Shown: one piece after another, positions 9,431 to 18,535 of the stretch
How the letters are laid out: each line of letters starts with the position of its first letter
Numbering within the stretch: position 1 is the first letter of the stretch
Source: an uncultured Elusimicrobia bacterium
Lineage (GTDB): Bacteria; Elusimicrobiota; Elusimicrobia; Elusimicrobiales; UBA9959
Assembly: GCA_903867985.1 (NCBI GenBank)
Contig: CAIPTO010000072.1
Span: 3,590-67,589 of the forward strand
Length of the DNA stretch: 64,000 bases
Reading direction: 5' to 3'
Position numbers and translations under genes: made by a program
Notes under the pieces: generated by a model
Database searches by the model: none
The model's input: only the letters and a program-made list of their open reading frames with translations
What the model was told of the DNA's origin: nothing

Positions 9431-9841
9431 ATGAACAACTTAAAGTTACCTGTTGTGTTTCTGGCTTCGCTGCTATTAGCGGCCTGCTCTACGGACCTGC
9501 GCAAAAAGGTGCCGCCGCTGGAAGATGTTCTTCACGCCGGGCCGCTGGCCAAAATAGTGGTTTATTCCGGGAATGTGGCCCTGGGCCAGAGCGGTCCTTC
9601 CGCCGACGGAATAACTCTCTCTATCGGCGGCACAGCCGCGCTCAGCGCGCAAGGCCGCGACGCCAATAACCGGCCCATAAAAATATTCCCCGCCTGGACC
9701 GCCAGTAAACCTGAATTGATAGAAATAACCCCCCGCACCGGAGACATAGTTCTGGTGAAAGGGCTCAGGGAAGGCACCGCTGAGATCGTGGCTGAATACG
9801 ACGGCGTAAAAAAAACTATTGAATACGTTTTTATAAAATGA
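9431..9841 (+). CDS. Lipoprotein with a bacterial Ig-like (Big_2-type) domain
   Basis: An ATG at 9431 preceded by GGGGGA gives the lipobox LLLAAC. The C-terminal part resembles Big_2 (ITLSIGGTAALSAQG...GTAEIVAEYDG). The longer ORF starting at 9350 is judged an artefact. Confidence 0.6.
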   Translation: MNNLKLPVVFLASLLLAACSTDLRKKVPPLEDVLHAGPLAKIVVYSGNVALGQSGPSADGITLSIGGTAALSAQGRDANNRPIKIFPAWTASKPELIEITPRTGDIVLVKGLREGTAEIVAEYDGVKKTIEYVFIK

Positions 9842-11118
9842 AATTCACCTGTGAATACGCTTTATCGCACGGCTCAGACCCTGTCGAAAGCGGACCCGGC
9901 TCCGTAGCGCTTTCCGAAGAAGCCCTGACGCTTTTACCAAGCGGCGCCCAGCCGCTTATCATTCCCTGGGAGGAAATCACGACGTTCTCGCTTGCGGATT
10001 TTAAAGCGGAGCTTGCCCTGAGACAGACCTCTCTGACCATAAGTTCTCTAGGATACAAATTCGAGGACTTCGCGCGTCACGCCGCCAGACTGCGCAACGA
10101 ACGACTACTAAAACTCAGCCTGGCGGAAGAACCATTAAAAAAATCCATGATCGAAGCGGATTTGACATACAAATCTCCCGCCATGGAATTCGCCTGCCGC
10201 TGCGAATTGCGCATATATGAAACTTCTCTCGTGGCTCTCCCCGAAACTGCCGACTTCCTTCGCCTGCCTTTCCGTTGTATCACAGAATTGAAAGACGGCG
10301 ATTTCAGCGTTGAGCTATACGGAGAAAGCGGGGAACACTGGTTTTTAAGCGGACTTGGCCGCAATTATGATCATTTCAGGGATTCCTTACACGCGCAGAT
10401 GACGGACCTGGACCTATTCGCGCAGAAAGCGCTGGGAGCCGCGCTGCCGGGGGTTTCGCCTCTTGATGTGCGCGCCCTGTCCGCGCTCGCGCGCGAGGGA
10501 CGCCTGATCCCGCTCACGGAGCTGGATAAAATCAGACCCGGGGCCTGGGCCGCCATCGAAAAACGCATATGCTCAAATAAGAACGACGCCGCTGAATATA
10601 ATTTCCTTAAAAATATTTCTGAAACGGAGAAAACGGCCTTTGGCGTAAAAAAAGGCCTTATGGGGAAGCTTAGCGGGGACTATTACATATTCCTGTTCTG
10701 CGCGAAAAACACGTCGCCGGTTGTGATGGTAGAATCTTTTCTGCTGGAACCGAAGAGCGAAGACTCCACCGATAAAACGGCCACCTACTTCTACCGCCTC
10801 CCCCAGGGCGGAAAAAAACCTTGGGAGGACTTCCTTTCATTCTTCAACCGCGCTATGACGGCGGTGAATTTCAGACGCATGCCGGTGCTGTTATCCGATG
10901 ACCGCCTGGCCGACCCAAAGAACGCAATTTATGCCGGGGCGTTGGCGCGAGTGCCTGAGTTAAAAACCCTGAGACAGCTGTATGTTGGACGGGCTATACA
11001 TGCCGAAACGGAACAGTGGGAAGCGGCCGTATCCGCTCTTCTGCAATTCGCTGTCAAGAATCCGGCCCCTGGCGCCAGATGGAGCGCGAGTGAAGAAGAA
11101 GTTAAGGAGGAGGAATAA
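9838..11118 (+). CDS. Hypothetical cytoplasmic protein, 426 aa, no family recognised
   Basis: Long ORF with coding-like composition. Its ATG overlaps the stop of the lipoprotein gene (ATGA) and its stop overlaps the next start. Acidic C-terminal tail SASEEEVKEEE. Confidence 0.6.
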   Translation: MKFTCEYALSHGSDPVESGPGSVALSEEALTLLPSGAQPLIIPWEEITTFSLADFKAELALRQTSLTISSLGYKFEDFARHAARLRNERLLKLSLAEEPLKKSMIEADLTYKSPAMEFACRCELRIYETSLVALPETADFLRLPFRCITELKDGDFSVELYGESGEHWFLSGLGRNYDHFRDSLHAQMTDLDLFAQKALGAALPGVSPLDVRALSALAREGRLIPLTELDKIRPGAWAAIEKRICSNKNDAAEYNFLKNISETEKTAFGVKKGLMGKLSGDYYIFLFCAKNTSPVVMVESFLLEPKSEDSTDKTATYFYRLPQGGKKPWEDFLSFFNRAMTAVNFRRMPVLLSDDRLADPKNAIYAGALARVPELKTLRQLYVGRAIHAETEQWEAAVSALLQFAVKNPAPGARWSASEEEVKEEE

Positions 11119-11450
11119 TGACGGGCTATAAACATCCGTGCCGCTATTGCGGCGAGCTTGTGCCGCCGGACGCCAATGTGTGTCCGGCCTGCGCCAAAAT
11201 AAACCCCTGCGGAGATTTCCGCTGCCACAAGTGCCGCGCGCCTGTAAAAGAAGCATGGAAGGTTTGCGCCTCCTGCGGACTCAAGCTTGAATTAGAATGT
11301 CCAAAATGCGCGGGGGTTGTTTTTTTCGGGGACTATTGTTCAAAATGCGGGACGCGCCTGACCGTAACCTGCCCGCATGGTTGCGGAGAGGAGCAGCCTC
11401 CAGTTTCGGAAAACTGCCGTAAATGCGGAAAAAAATTAGGAGGGAAATAA
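11118..11450 (+). CDS. Multi-zinc-ribbon (double zinc ribbon-like) protein
   Basis: Ten CxxC pairs in 110 aa (CRYC, CPAC, CHKC, CASC, CPKC, CSKC, CRKC and others). Confidence 0.7.
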   Translation: MTGYKHPCRYCGELVPPDANVCPACAKINPCGDFRCHKCRAPVKEAWKVCASCGLKLELECPKCAGVVFFGDYCSKCGTRLTVTCPHGCGEEQPPVSENCRKCGKKLGGK

Positions 11451-11451
11451 C

Positions 11452-12117
11452 ATGTCTAACACAATAGGCTTCACAAGCAACTTCGCAGACAACAGCACCG
11501 AGGCCGGCTTCCAGTTCACCTTTTACTGCGATACCTGCAAGGAAGGTTATAAGACCCGCTTCACCGAGTCCAAAACCTACAAAAAAAAGAAATTTTTTAA
11601 AGGGTTGGGTGATGTCATAAGCGCAGTGGCACAGATGGCGGGAAAATCCAGCATAGGTTACGGAATAGAGCGCGGCACCGACGCCATCAGCGAAAAGTTT
11701 ACCGGCATGTCTCCCGACTGGCATAAGGAGCACGAGGCCGCTTTCGAACTGGCGCAGAACGAGGGCAAGGGATATTTTAAACGCTGCCCGAAGTGTCACA
11801 AATGGGTATGCGAAACGTGTTGGAACGAGCAGGAGGGTCTTTGCGTGACCGACGCCCCGAGGGCCAATGTAGAGATAGCAGCGGCCAAGTCCAAAAAAAT
11901 GGTAAAAGACATAGCGGCAGCCGCTGACGCCACCCCGGTCTTCACAGGAAAGATCGAAAGCAAACAAACCATCTGCCCTAAATGCGACAAGCCCGCCGGC
12001 GAAGGTAAATTTTGCGGCAGTTGCGGGGCCACTCTAGCCATGCCAAAATGCCCTAAATGCGGCGCTCAGAGCCAGCGGGGAGTCAAATTCTGCGGCGAAT
12101 GCGGCGGCAAGATATAA
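11452..12117 (+). CDS. Zinc-ribbon domain protein
   Basis: Starts 2 nt after the previous stop. CxxC pairs are spread through the protein (CDTC, CPKC...CETC) and clustered C-terminally (CPKC...CGSC, CPKC...CGEC). Confidence 0.65.
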   Translation: MSNTIGFTSNFADNSTEAGFQFTFYCDTCKEGYKTRFTESKTYKKKKFFKGLGDVISAVAQMAGKSSIGYGIERGTDAISEKFTGMSPDWHKEHEAAFELAQNEGKGYFKRCPKCHKWVCETCWNEQEGLCVTDAPRANVEIAAAKSKKMVKDIAAAADATPVFTGKIESKQTICPKCDKPAGEGKFCGSCGATLAMPKCPKCGAQSQRGVKFCGECGGKI

Positions 12118-12123
12118 AGGTTA

Positions 12124-13095
12124 ATGCCGATTAAAAAGCCCCGGTTTACCGCCGGGGCCTTTTCTTTTGTAAAACCTCGTACGGTTCAGCATATGTTTAT
12201 AAAAACCAGCTTCACGCGACTGAATATCTTTAAAACTCTGGCTGCGCTTGCCGGGACAATCGTTCTGGCGTCCGCCGCATATGTTTTCTGGCTGCCGGAT
12301 GTGGCCCCCCTCAAGAAAAAGAACCCCGCCGTCACCGCTTATATGCTGATAAAAGAGCGCCAGGCCGCGGCCGTAGGCAGGAAATTGGGCCGCAATCTGG
12401 TCTGGACCGGCTGGGACGACATCTCGGAAAACTTGAAGCACGCCGTGCTGGTGGCGGAAGACGACACTTTTTACAGGCATAAAGGCGTTGAGTGGGAAAG
12501 TATGCGGCGCGCGCTAAAAACCGACTGGAAAACCAGGACTCTGGCTAAGGGCGGCAGCACCATCACCCAGCAGGTGGCCAAGAATCTCTACCTCTCTCCG
12601 TCAAAGAACCCGCTGCGCAAAATCAAAGAGATACTGATAGCCAAAAGGCTTGAGAGAGCTCTTGGGAAACGACGCATTTTCGAAATTTATCTTAATATCG
12701 CGGAGTGGGGAAAGGGAATATACGGCGCGCAGGCCGCTTCGCAGGCCTATTTCGGCAAGAACGCCTCGGAGCTCAGCCCTGAAGAGGCCGCGGCTCTGGC
12801 AGCCGTCCTGCCCAGCCCCCGCCGCTACAACCCGACCAAAGACACGCGATTTATGGAAAGAAGAAAAAATCAGATAGTCGGCAGGATGCGCGCCTCAGGC
12901 TACCTGCCCGAAGAAGTGGAGGAAGCGGACCTTGATGAAACCCTGGAAACGATAACCGCGAGCACTGACACCATTCCTGCGCCTCAGGATCCGTCAAACC
13001 CGGTTCTGACAAACGATTCCTCAGCCATTGAAAGCTCACCCGCCGCGCCCGAAACACCCCACCCGTTAAAACACCGCGTAGAAGAACGGAATTAA
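12124..13095 (+). CDS. mtgA: Monofunctional peptidoglycan glycosyltransferase (GT51) with a low-complexity C-terminal tail
   Basis: GT51 motifs AVLVAEDDTFYRHKGV, GGSTITQQVAKNLYLSP and RKIKEILIAKRLE. N-terminal TM anchor. Confidence 0.85.
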   Translation: MPIKKPRFTAGAFSFVKPRTVQHMFIKTSFTRLNIFKTLAALAGTIVLASAAYVFWLPDVAPLKKKNPAVTAYMLIKERQAAAVGRKLGRNLVWTGWDDISENLKHAVLVAEDDTFYRHKGVEWESMRRALKTDWKTRTLAKGGSTITQQVAKNLYLSPSKNPLRKIKEILIAKRLERALGKRRIFEIYLNIAEWGKGIYGAQAASQAYFGKNASELSPEEAAALAAVLPSPRRYNPTKDTRFMERRKNQIVGRMRASGYLPEEVEEADLDETLETITASTDTIPAPQDPSNPVLTNDSSAIESSPAAPETPHPLKHRVEERN

Positions 13096-13245
13096 CACCG
13101 GCAGTTCTCCGACAAAAAGCAGGAAAAGTATGACAAGTATGGCCATGAATACCGGGATCATAAAGTAGAGCCGCCTGTCCCTTATCATCCGATAAAATTC
13201 CCCGGCCACGCCCAGCCTCTTTTCAAAATCCGGAAATAGTTTCAT
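13066..13245 (-). CDS. Small membrane protein, DUF5989-like (59 aa); not in the supplied ORF track
   Basis: My own translation of the minus strand gives MKLFPDFEKRLGVAGEFYRMIRDRRLYFMIPVFMAILVILFLLFVGELPVLIPFFYAVF. Its ATG shares one base with the carbamoyltransferase TAA (TAATG). One TM helix; the architecture matches the small proteins usually encoded beside NodU/CmcH carbamoyltransferases. Confidence 0.6.
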   Translation of the reverse strand: MKLFPDFEKRLGVAGEFYRMIRDRRLYFMIPVFMAILVILFLLFVGELPVLIPFFYAVF

Positions 13246-14936
13246 TACGCTCTCCTTTTGCCCACCAGGAATCGGTTTATTACCAGATAGTCCATGTCAG
13301 TCCGCTGGAATGAGGAGATGGCGTTCTGCGGCGTGCAGACGATCGGCTCTCCCTTGACGTTAAAAGAGGTGTTAAGCAGTACCGGCACGCCGGTTATCCG
13401 GCCGAATTCTTTTATGAGCGAGTGGAAAGCGGGATTATCCCGTTCAGCCACGGTCTGAAGCCGCGCGCTGCCGTCGAAATGAGTGACGGCGGGGATTACC
13501 CGTATTTTCTCCGGCTTTACCGCAGATGAAAGCGTCATGAAAGGGCTGTCATGCCGCAGGTCGAAATACTCAGCCGCGTTTTCGGCGCAGACGGCCGGCG
13601 CGAAAGGTCTGAAAGGTTCGCGGTGTTTTACGCGCGTATTAAGTATATCTTTCATCCCGGGTATGCGGGGGTCGGCCAGTATGCTGCGGTTACCCAGCGC
13701 GCGCGGACCGAACTCCATCCTGCCCTGGAACCAGCCCAGTATCTTGCCTTCGCTTAAAAGTTTTGCGGCGCGCGGAGAGACCTCTCCATCCGTAAGTTTT
13801 TCATAATCCACCCGGCTCTGCTTTAAAACCGCTTCCACCTGCTCGTCCGTAAAAGAAGGTCCGAGGAATGCGTTCTCCATACGCCAGCGGTTTTTACCGC
13901 CGAACAGCTGCGTGTACGCGTAAAGGGCTGCCCCCATAGAACAACCGTCGTCACCGGCTGCCGGCTGAATGAATATTTTTTTGACCGGGGTTTTTTCAAG
14001 GATAAGTCCGTTCGTGACGCAATTAAGCCCGCAACCGCCTGCGATACAAAGCGTGTCCAAACCGTACCTGGCACACAACCGGCGAACGAGCTTGATCACA
14101 ATATCCTCAACCGCGGCCTGCAGAGCGGCGGCCAAGTCTTCATGCTCAGGGCGGATCTCAGAGCCGGCCTCTCTGGGAGGGAAAAAAAGGGCGGAGAATT
14201 TGGGACTGGTCATCACCAAGTCGTAGTGGAAAGCGAAATAATCCATGTTAAGGCGGAAACTGCCGTCTTCCCTGACATCGATCAGCCTGGCAAATCGCTC
14301 TTTAAAGACCGAAGGTCTGCCGTAGGCGGCAAGGCCCATCACTTTACCCTCGCCCCCGTTCACCTTAAAACCCAGATGGGCTGTAACCGCGCTGTAGAGC
14401 AGGCCTAGCGAATGCGGAAAGCGCAGGTCCTTTTCCAGCTTTATCACTGTACCTTCTCCTACGCCGAAAGCCAGTGTGGACCATTCGCCGGTACCGTCCA
14501 TGGTCAATATTATCGCGCGCTCGAAAGGCGAGGGCAGAAAAGCGCTGGCAGCGTGGGCGTAATGATGATCGGTAAAATACACCGGGCCTTTATAACCGGT
14601 CGTTTCGCGTATGGTTTGAGGCACGCAAAGTTTATAATTGAGCCACATCGGCAAAAAAGCCCTGAAACTTTTATACGAGTGCGGAAACATCGCAATATGG
14701 GTTTTCATAATGCGCTCGAATTTAAGAAAAGGCTTTTCATAGAACACCATGGCGTCGATATCGTTAACCGATGTCCCACCCTCCGAAAGACAGTAATTGA
14801 TAGCTCGGACCGGGAAATCTATGGAATGTTTTATACGGATGAAACGCTCCTCTTCCGCAGCGGCCAATACCACGCCGTCGCGCACAAGGCAGGCCGACGA
14901 ATCGTGGTACATATAGGAAAGTCCCAGTAAATTCAT
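13245..14936 (-). CDS. Carbamoyltransferase, NodU/CmcH family
   Basis: N-terminus LGLSYMYHDSSACLVRDG...AAEEERF, HHYAHAASAF, and a C-terminal carbamoyltransferase domain (FDGSARLQTV, LLNTSFNVKGEPIV). Confidence 0.9.
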   Translation of the reverse strand: MNLLGLSYMYHDSSACLVRDGVVLAAAEEERFIRIKHSIDFPVRAINYCLSEGGTSVNDIDAMVFYEKPFLKFERIMKTHIAMFPHSYKSFRAFLPMWLNYKLCVPQTIRETTGYKGPVYFTDHHYAHAASAFLPSPFERAIILTMDGTGEWSTLAFGVGEGTVIKLEKDLRFPHSLGLLYSAVTAHLGFKVNGGEGKVMGLAAYGRPSVFKERFARLIDVREDGSFRLNMDYFAFHYDLVMTSPKFSALFFPPREAGSEIRPEHEDLAAALQAAVEDIVIKLVRRLCARYGLDTLCIAGGCGLNCVTNGLILEKTPVKKIFIQPAAGDDGCSMGAALYAYTQLFGGKNRWRMENAFLGPSFTDEQVEAVLKQSRVDYEKLTDGEVSPRAAKLLSEGKILGWFQGRMEFGPRALGNRSILADPRIPGMKDILNTRVKHREPFRPFAPAVCAENAAEYFDLRHDSPFMTLSSAVKPEKIRVIPAVTHFDGSARLQTVAERDNPAFHSLIKEFGRITGVPVLLNTSFNVKGEPIVCTPQNAISSFQRTDMDYLVINRFLVGKRRA

Positions 14937-15299
14937 TTAATATTGTCTCCCGAATCTTTCCCGTATTGAGTCTTCCGGTTCCTTGTCTGTAAAAAAAGAG
15001 CCTTCGTCCGCCGCAGCCGTGCCGGTTCCCCCCAAAAACCGCACAAGCAGGGCCATGGGACCCACTGCCAGGTAGTAGGCCAGGAAAATGAGGGCTCCAG
15101 TAAATCGCCTGCCCAGGAAAGAGATCACGATGCGTGCCGTAGCCAGTATGTGATTGTGCACGAAATTCACGAAAAACACAAAATAGATGCGCGCGCGAGG
15201 CGGAAGAGGGATCGCGGCTGCGCAGACTATAACGGACGGGATCAAGCCAAGCCTTTTCTTGGGTTTTCCACCTTCGATGGTTATAAGCGGCTGTTGCAC
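14937..15299 (-). CDS. SxtJ-like small membrane protein
   Basis: 120 aa with two or three hydrophobic helices. Directly abuts the carbamoyltransferase start. The second half (ARIVISFLGRRFTGALIFLAYYLAVGPMALLVRFLG) resembles the SxtJ family as I recall it. Confidence 0.45.
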   Translation of the reverse strand: MQQPLITIEGGKPKKRLGLIPSVIVCAAAIPLPPRARIYFVFFVNFVHNHILATARIVISFLGRRFTGALIFLAYYLAVGPMALLVRFLGGTGTAAADEGSFFTDKEPEDSIRERFGRQY

Positions 15300-15301
15300 A
15301 G

Positions 15302-16135
15302 TTATTCCTTTAGAAGTTCCGCAACTCTGGTTTTCGCGGCCGGATTTTCAAGCCAGAGACGGGTCTCGAGCTTTATCACTTCCAGTTTTTCTGAAAGATA
15401 CGCCCGCGCCAGCCGCTCGTATTCGGCGAAAGAGCGCTTTTCAAGCAGGAGACGCATCATCATCGCGAACATTATCTGCTGGCTGCATACCACCTGCATA
15501 TCTTTTGCTGTCATTTTTATTTTGGGCTGGGGGCTGATCCCCAGTTCATAAAGCGTCAGTTCGGTGGAAAGCCCTTCCTCATATACCGGATGAAGGAGCG
15601 TTATCCCGAAGGCGGCATAAAGGGCGGAGAGTTCCGGCATGAGTATGCGCGGATTCTGCTCCGCGAACTCTTCCGCACCCACAACCGCGCCATCCGCGGC
15701 GTATTTTATACCATTCTGCAGACAAAATATGAGATTGCGCCAATGAAGAGCCGTTTTGCAGTGGCCGCAGGAATTTAAGATCAGAAGACCGTGCTTTTTA
15801 AACGCCTGCCAACGGCCTCTCCCCTCCACCTCAGCGTAAAATTTTCCCGCAGGGATAAGACGGTGGAAGAACTCGGAATCGGGAAACCGTTCCCGCATAC
15901 GCAAAAAATGCGAGTCCGAAAACCGGCAAGCCATAAAACCGGGACGCGAAAAAGTATTCAGATGGACTTTTCGAAATGTTTTGGCAAGCGTGCAGGCCGC
16001 CAGTGAAGAATCCGCCCCGCCCGAATAAAGCAGCGCGACTTCGTCTCCGGACCCGGCAGGGAATCCGGCGGACACCAATGGCGAAGAGGCATCTGAGCCA
16101 CGTGCCGGTTCTGATCGGACAACTTTGGAGGACAT
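15302..16135 (-). CDS. PP-loop ATP pyrophosphatase superfamily protein (adenine nucleotide alpha-hydrolase fold)
   Basis: SGGxDS PP-loop motif (LLYSGGADSS). CGHC pair later in the protein. Ends 2 nt upstream of the SxtJ-like gene. Confidence 0.65.
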   Translation of the reverse strand: MSSKVVRSEPARGSDASSPLVSAGFPAGSGDEVALLYSGGADSSLAACTLAKTFRKVHLNTFSRPGFMACRFSDSHFLRMRERFPDSEFFHRLIPAGKFYAEVEGRGRWQAFKKHGLLILNSCGHCKTALHWRNLIFCLQNGIKYAADGAVVGAEEFAEQNPRILMPELSALYAAFGITLLHPVYEEGLSTELTLYELGISPQPKIKMTAKDMQVVCSQQIMFAMMMRLLLEKRSFAEYERLARAYLSEKLEVIKLETRLWLENPAAKTRVAELLKE

Positions 16136-16240
16136 TGTTCATATGTTACAATATTAGTTAAGAATGGAAAATCGCTTTAATCCTGCCTTAATCTTCCGCC
16201 GCGCGAACAGCCCCGCAAAAAACAGCATATCTGAACGATC

Positions 16241-18535
16241 ATGAAACCGATAAATCACGCCGCAATAAAAACTATATTTTTTATTTTTGCCTGTTTGGCG
16301 ACGGTTTTTCCAGGTTTTCCCGGGTTATGCCGGGGAGGACAAGCCTCTTTAAACACGCAGTTATGCGAAGATGTTAAAAAGCCTTTTTTCAGGCCGGCAA
16401 AGGGCAAGGACGACAGTGTCATATATGAACCGGCACGGCCAGGCGCGATAGAGAACAATAATTCTTTTGTTATGCCTAAACCGCCTGGCATGAAATACAT
16501 TTTCCTGATAGGAGAATCCAACGCCGCCAGCCTGGCACGAGGGTCAGATGAGGATACTGTTTCAGGACTGGCTAAGGCTTTGGGCCATCCGGCAAAGGCT
16601 ATAAACTGCGGCATGGCCGCGTATGATTCCGAAAGAACATATGGCGTAATGAAAGAAGTGCTGCGATATTCTCCGGACGCCATAGTGGTCCTTGTAGGTA
16701 ACAGCGAGAACTTCACGGCTTGTCCCGGTATCGGACGAAGACTGAAAGAACGGTTCTACATGGCGATGAACTATCTCGTCTGGCATCTTCCGGGCGCGGA
16801 GATCAGGAAAAAGTTCCTTCTGGACACCCAGGCCCGTTTTTTCAGAAAAATGGCGAAGCTGGCCGCAAAAAATAAAATTCCGCTTGTCTTCTGCGCGCTC
16901 CCGGCTAATCTGGCGGATTTCCCCCCCAGGGGCATCCTGCCCCTGAAGAATCCAGATTTTGCCAGAGGCTGGGAATCTTCGTCCGAAGGCGATTATGCCG
17001 CGGCAAAGCGGTCCTTCGCGAAATATGTCTCACAATGGCCGAAGGACGCCATGGGGCTGTATCATCTCGGCCAGACTCTTCTGAAACTGGGAGAAACTCC
17101 GGCCGCGCTCTTCGCATTTAAAGCGGCGGCCGATTACGATATTCAGGACAGCCGCTGCCCCGGCGCTCGGAATGAAATGATCCGCCGCACCGCACGCGAA
17201 ACCAAAACTTTGCTTGCCGATATTGAGAACCGTTTTTACAGCGCCGCGCCAACCGGTATTCCCGGAGGCGACATGTTCGATGACAGGACGCACTGGTCCC
17301 GTAATTACGATATGCTTGCGGCCTGCACCATCATGGCTCCCCTGGCGGCAGCGGAGGGCCCGTTTTATTTTCCGGGTGGATCAATCTGGGAAACGCCGCT
17401 CTGTAAATCCGCCGCCAGACCCAGAACGTCGCAACTCTCTTCTGAAGAAAAGGAAAATAAAAAAACCGTTCTTGCCAAATATCTGGCGTTCAACATGAAC
17501 GTCCTAAGCAATTTTAATAAATCCGAATGGCTGATAACGGAAGAAATCGTCGTCTTCATGCGGAGGATATACACCCTTGACCGGGGATATCTGCTGAAAA
17601 TATCCGGCTCTCCTGAGGCGCTGGCAGCCGCGACCTACGATGCCGGCGTCAAATGGCAGAATATACCGCTGAAAAACATAAAGCGCTTCTGGCCGCATTA
17701 TCTCGCCCACCTGGGGGAAGCCCTGCGCCGCGAGGGAGAACCCGCGCTTTCCATACGGTATTTTAACAGGGCACTCGGATCGGAGCCGCAATGCCGCGAC
17801 GCCTATTTCTACCGCGGCCTGGCCTATTTAAAAGCGGGTGATATGCAAAAATCCGTCTCCGATTTCGACCGTTCGCCCATGCCCCATTCCCGCGTCTCAA
17901 ATATAGCGGATATTCACGGTTTTTCGGAAAAACTAAAAACCCCGGCGACCGTTTACCCGCCAGGCTCCGTTCCCCCAAAACCCCGGGGCCCGAAACGGGA
18001 TGGTCTGGGGAAGATGTATTATGTTTACGGCGGCACCAAGGCCCTGTCGGGGACCGACGGCTTATACCCGGAAGATCACGGGTATATACTTTTAGGTTCC
18101 ACGAACACCGAATCCACGATGTTGTTCTCAGGAGCCTACGCTTATTATATTATCGCGGTCTACGATAACGCCGTAGTTAAAGTGGATGCCCTGCAATTGT
18201 CGGACGGAGCGTATTATATCGGAGGGTTCAGCACCTCAAACGTAACCGACTGGGACAACGCGAACGGCGCGCCGGACGGAAGATTCGCCATCGTCGGAAG
18301 AAGCGGAAGGTGGCTAAACCGCGGCAGCCTGGGATACCTGCTCGCGAGCCCCGGGCCTGGATCGACCGGTATAAAAGTTTATGTAACCGGCAGGGAACAG
18401 GTTAACCGGTTTTTGAAGTTTTTACATATTACTTCAGCAGTTCTGCCAGGGCAAGTCCGTATTTTTTGGCCGGGATCGGACCGCTGGCGGTCACAAGTTT
18501 CCCATCCACTTCCACATCTTTACCGGTATAGTTAG
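16241..18535 (+). CDS. Large secreted or anchored TPR-repeat protein with a possible SGNH-hydrolase-like N-terminal region
   Basis: N-terminal hydrophobic signal/anchor. FLIGESNA and VVLVGNSE blocks are weakly SGNH-like. Several TPR-like segments (AMGLYHLGQTLLKLGE, AYFYRGLAYLKAGD). The 3' 107 nt overlap the convergent DJ-1 gene. Confidence 0.55.
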   Translation: MKPINHAAIKTIFFIFACLATVFPGFPGLCRGGQASLNTQLCEDVKKPFFRPAKGKDDSVIYEPARPGAIENNNSFVMPKPPGMKYIFLIGESNAASLARGSDEDTVSGLAKALGHPAKAINCGMAAYDSERTYGVMKEVLRYSPDAIVVLVGNSENFTACPGIGRRLKERFYMAMNYLVWHLPGAEIRKKFLLDTQARFFRKMAKLAAKNKIPLVFCALPANLADFPPRGILPLKNPDFARGWESSSEGDYAAAKRSFAKYVSQWPKDAMGLYHLGQTLLKLGETPAALFAFKAAADYDIQDSRCPGARNEMIRRTARETKTLLADIENRFYSAAPTGIPGGDMFDDRTHWSRNYDMLAACTIMAPLAAAEGPFYFPGGSIWETPLCKSAARPRTSQLSSEEKENKKTVLAKYLAFNMNVLSNFNKSEWLITEEIVVFMRRIYTLDRGYLLKISGSPEALAAATYDAGVKWQNIPLKNIKRFWPHYLAHLGEALRREGEPALSIRYFNRALGSEPQCRDAYFYRGLAYLKAGDMQKSVSDFDRSPMPHSRVSNIADIHGFSEKLKTPATVYPPGSVPPKPRGPKRDGLGKMYYVYGGTKALSGTDGLYPEDHGYILLGSTNTESTMLFSGAYAYYIIAVYDNAVVKVDALQLSDGAYYIGGFSTSNVTDWDNANGAPDGRFAIVGRSGRWLNRGSLGYLLASPGPGSTGIKVYVTGREQVNRFLKFLHITSAVLPGQVRIFWPGSDRWRSQVSHPLPHLYRYS

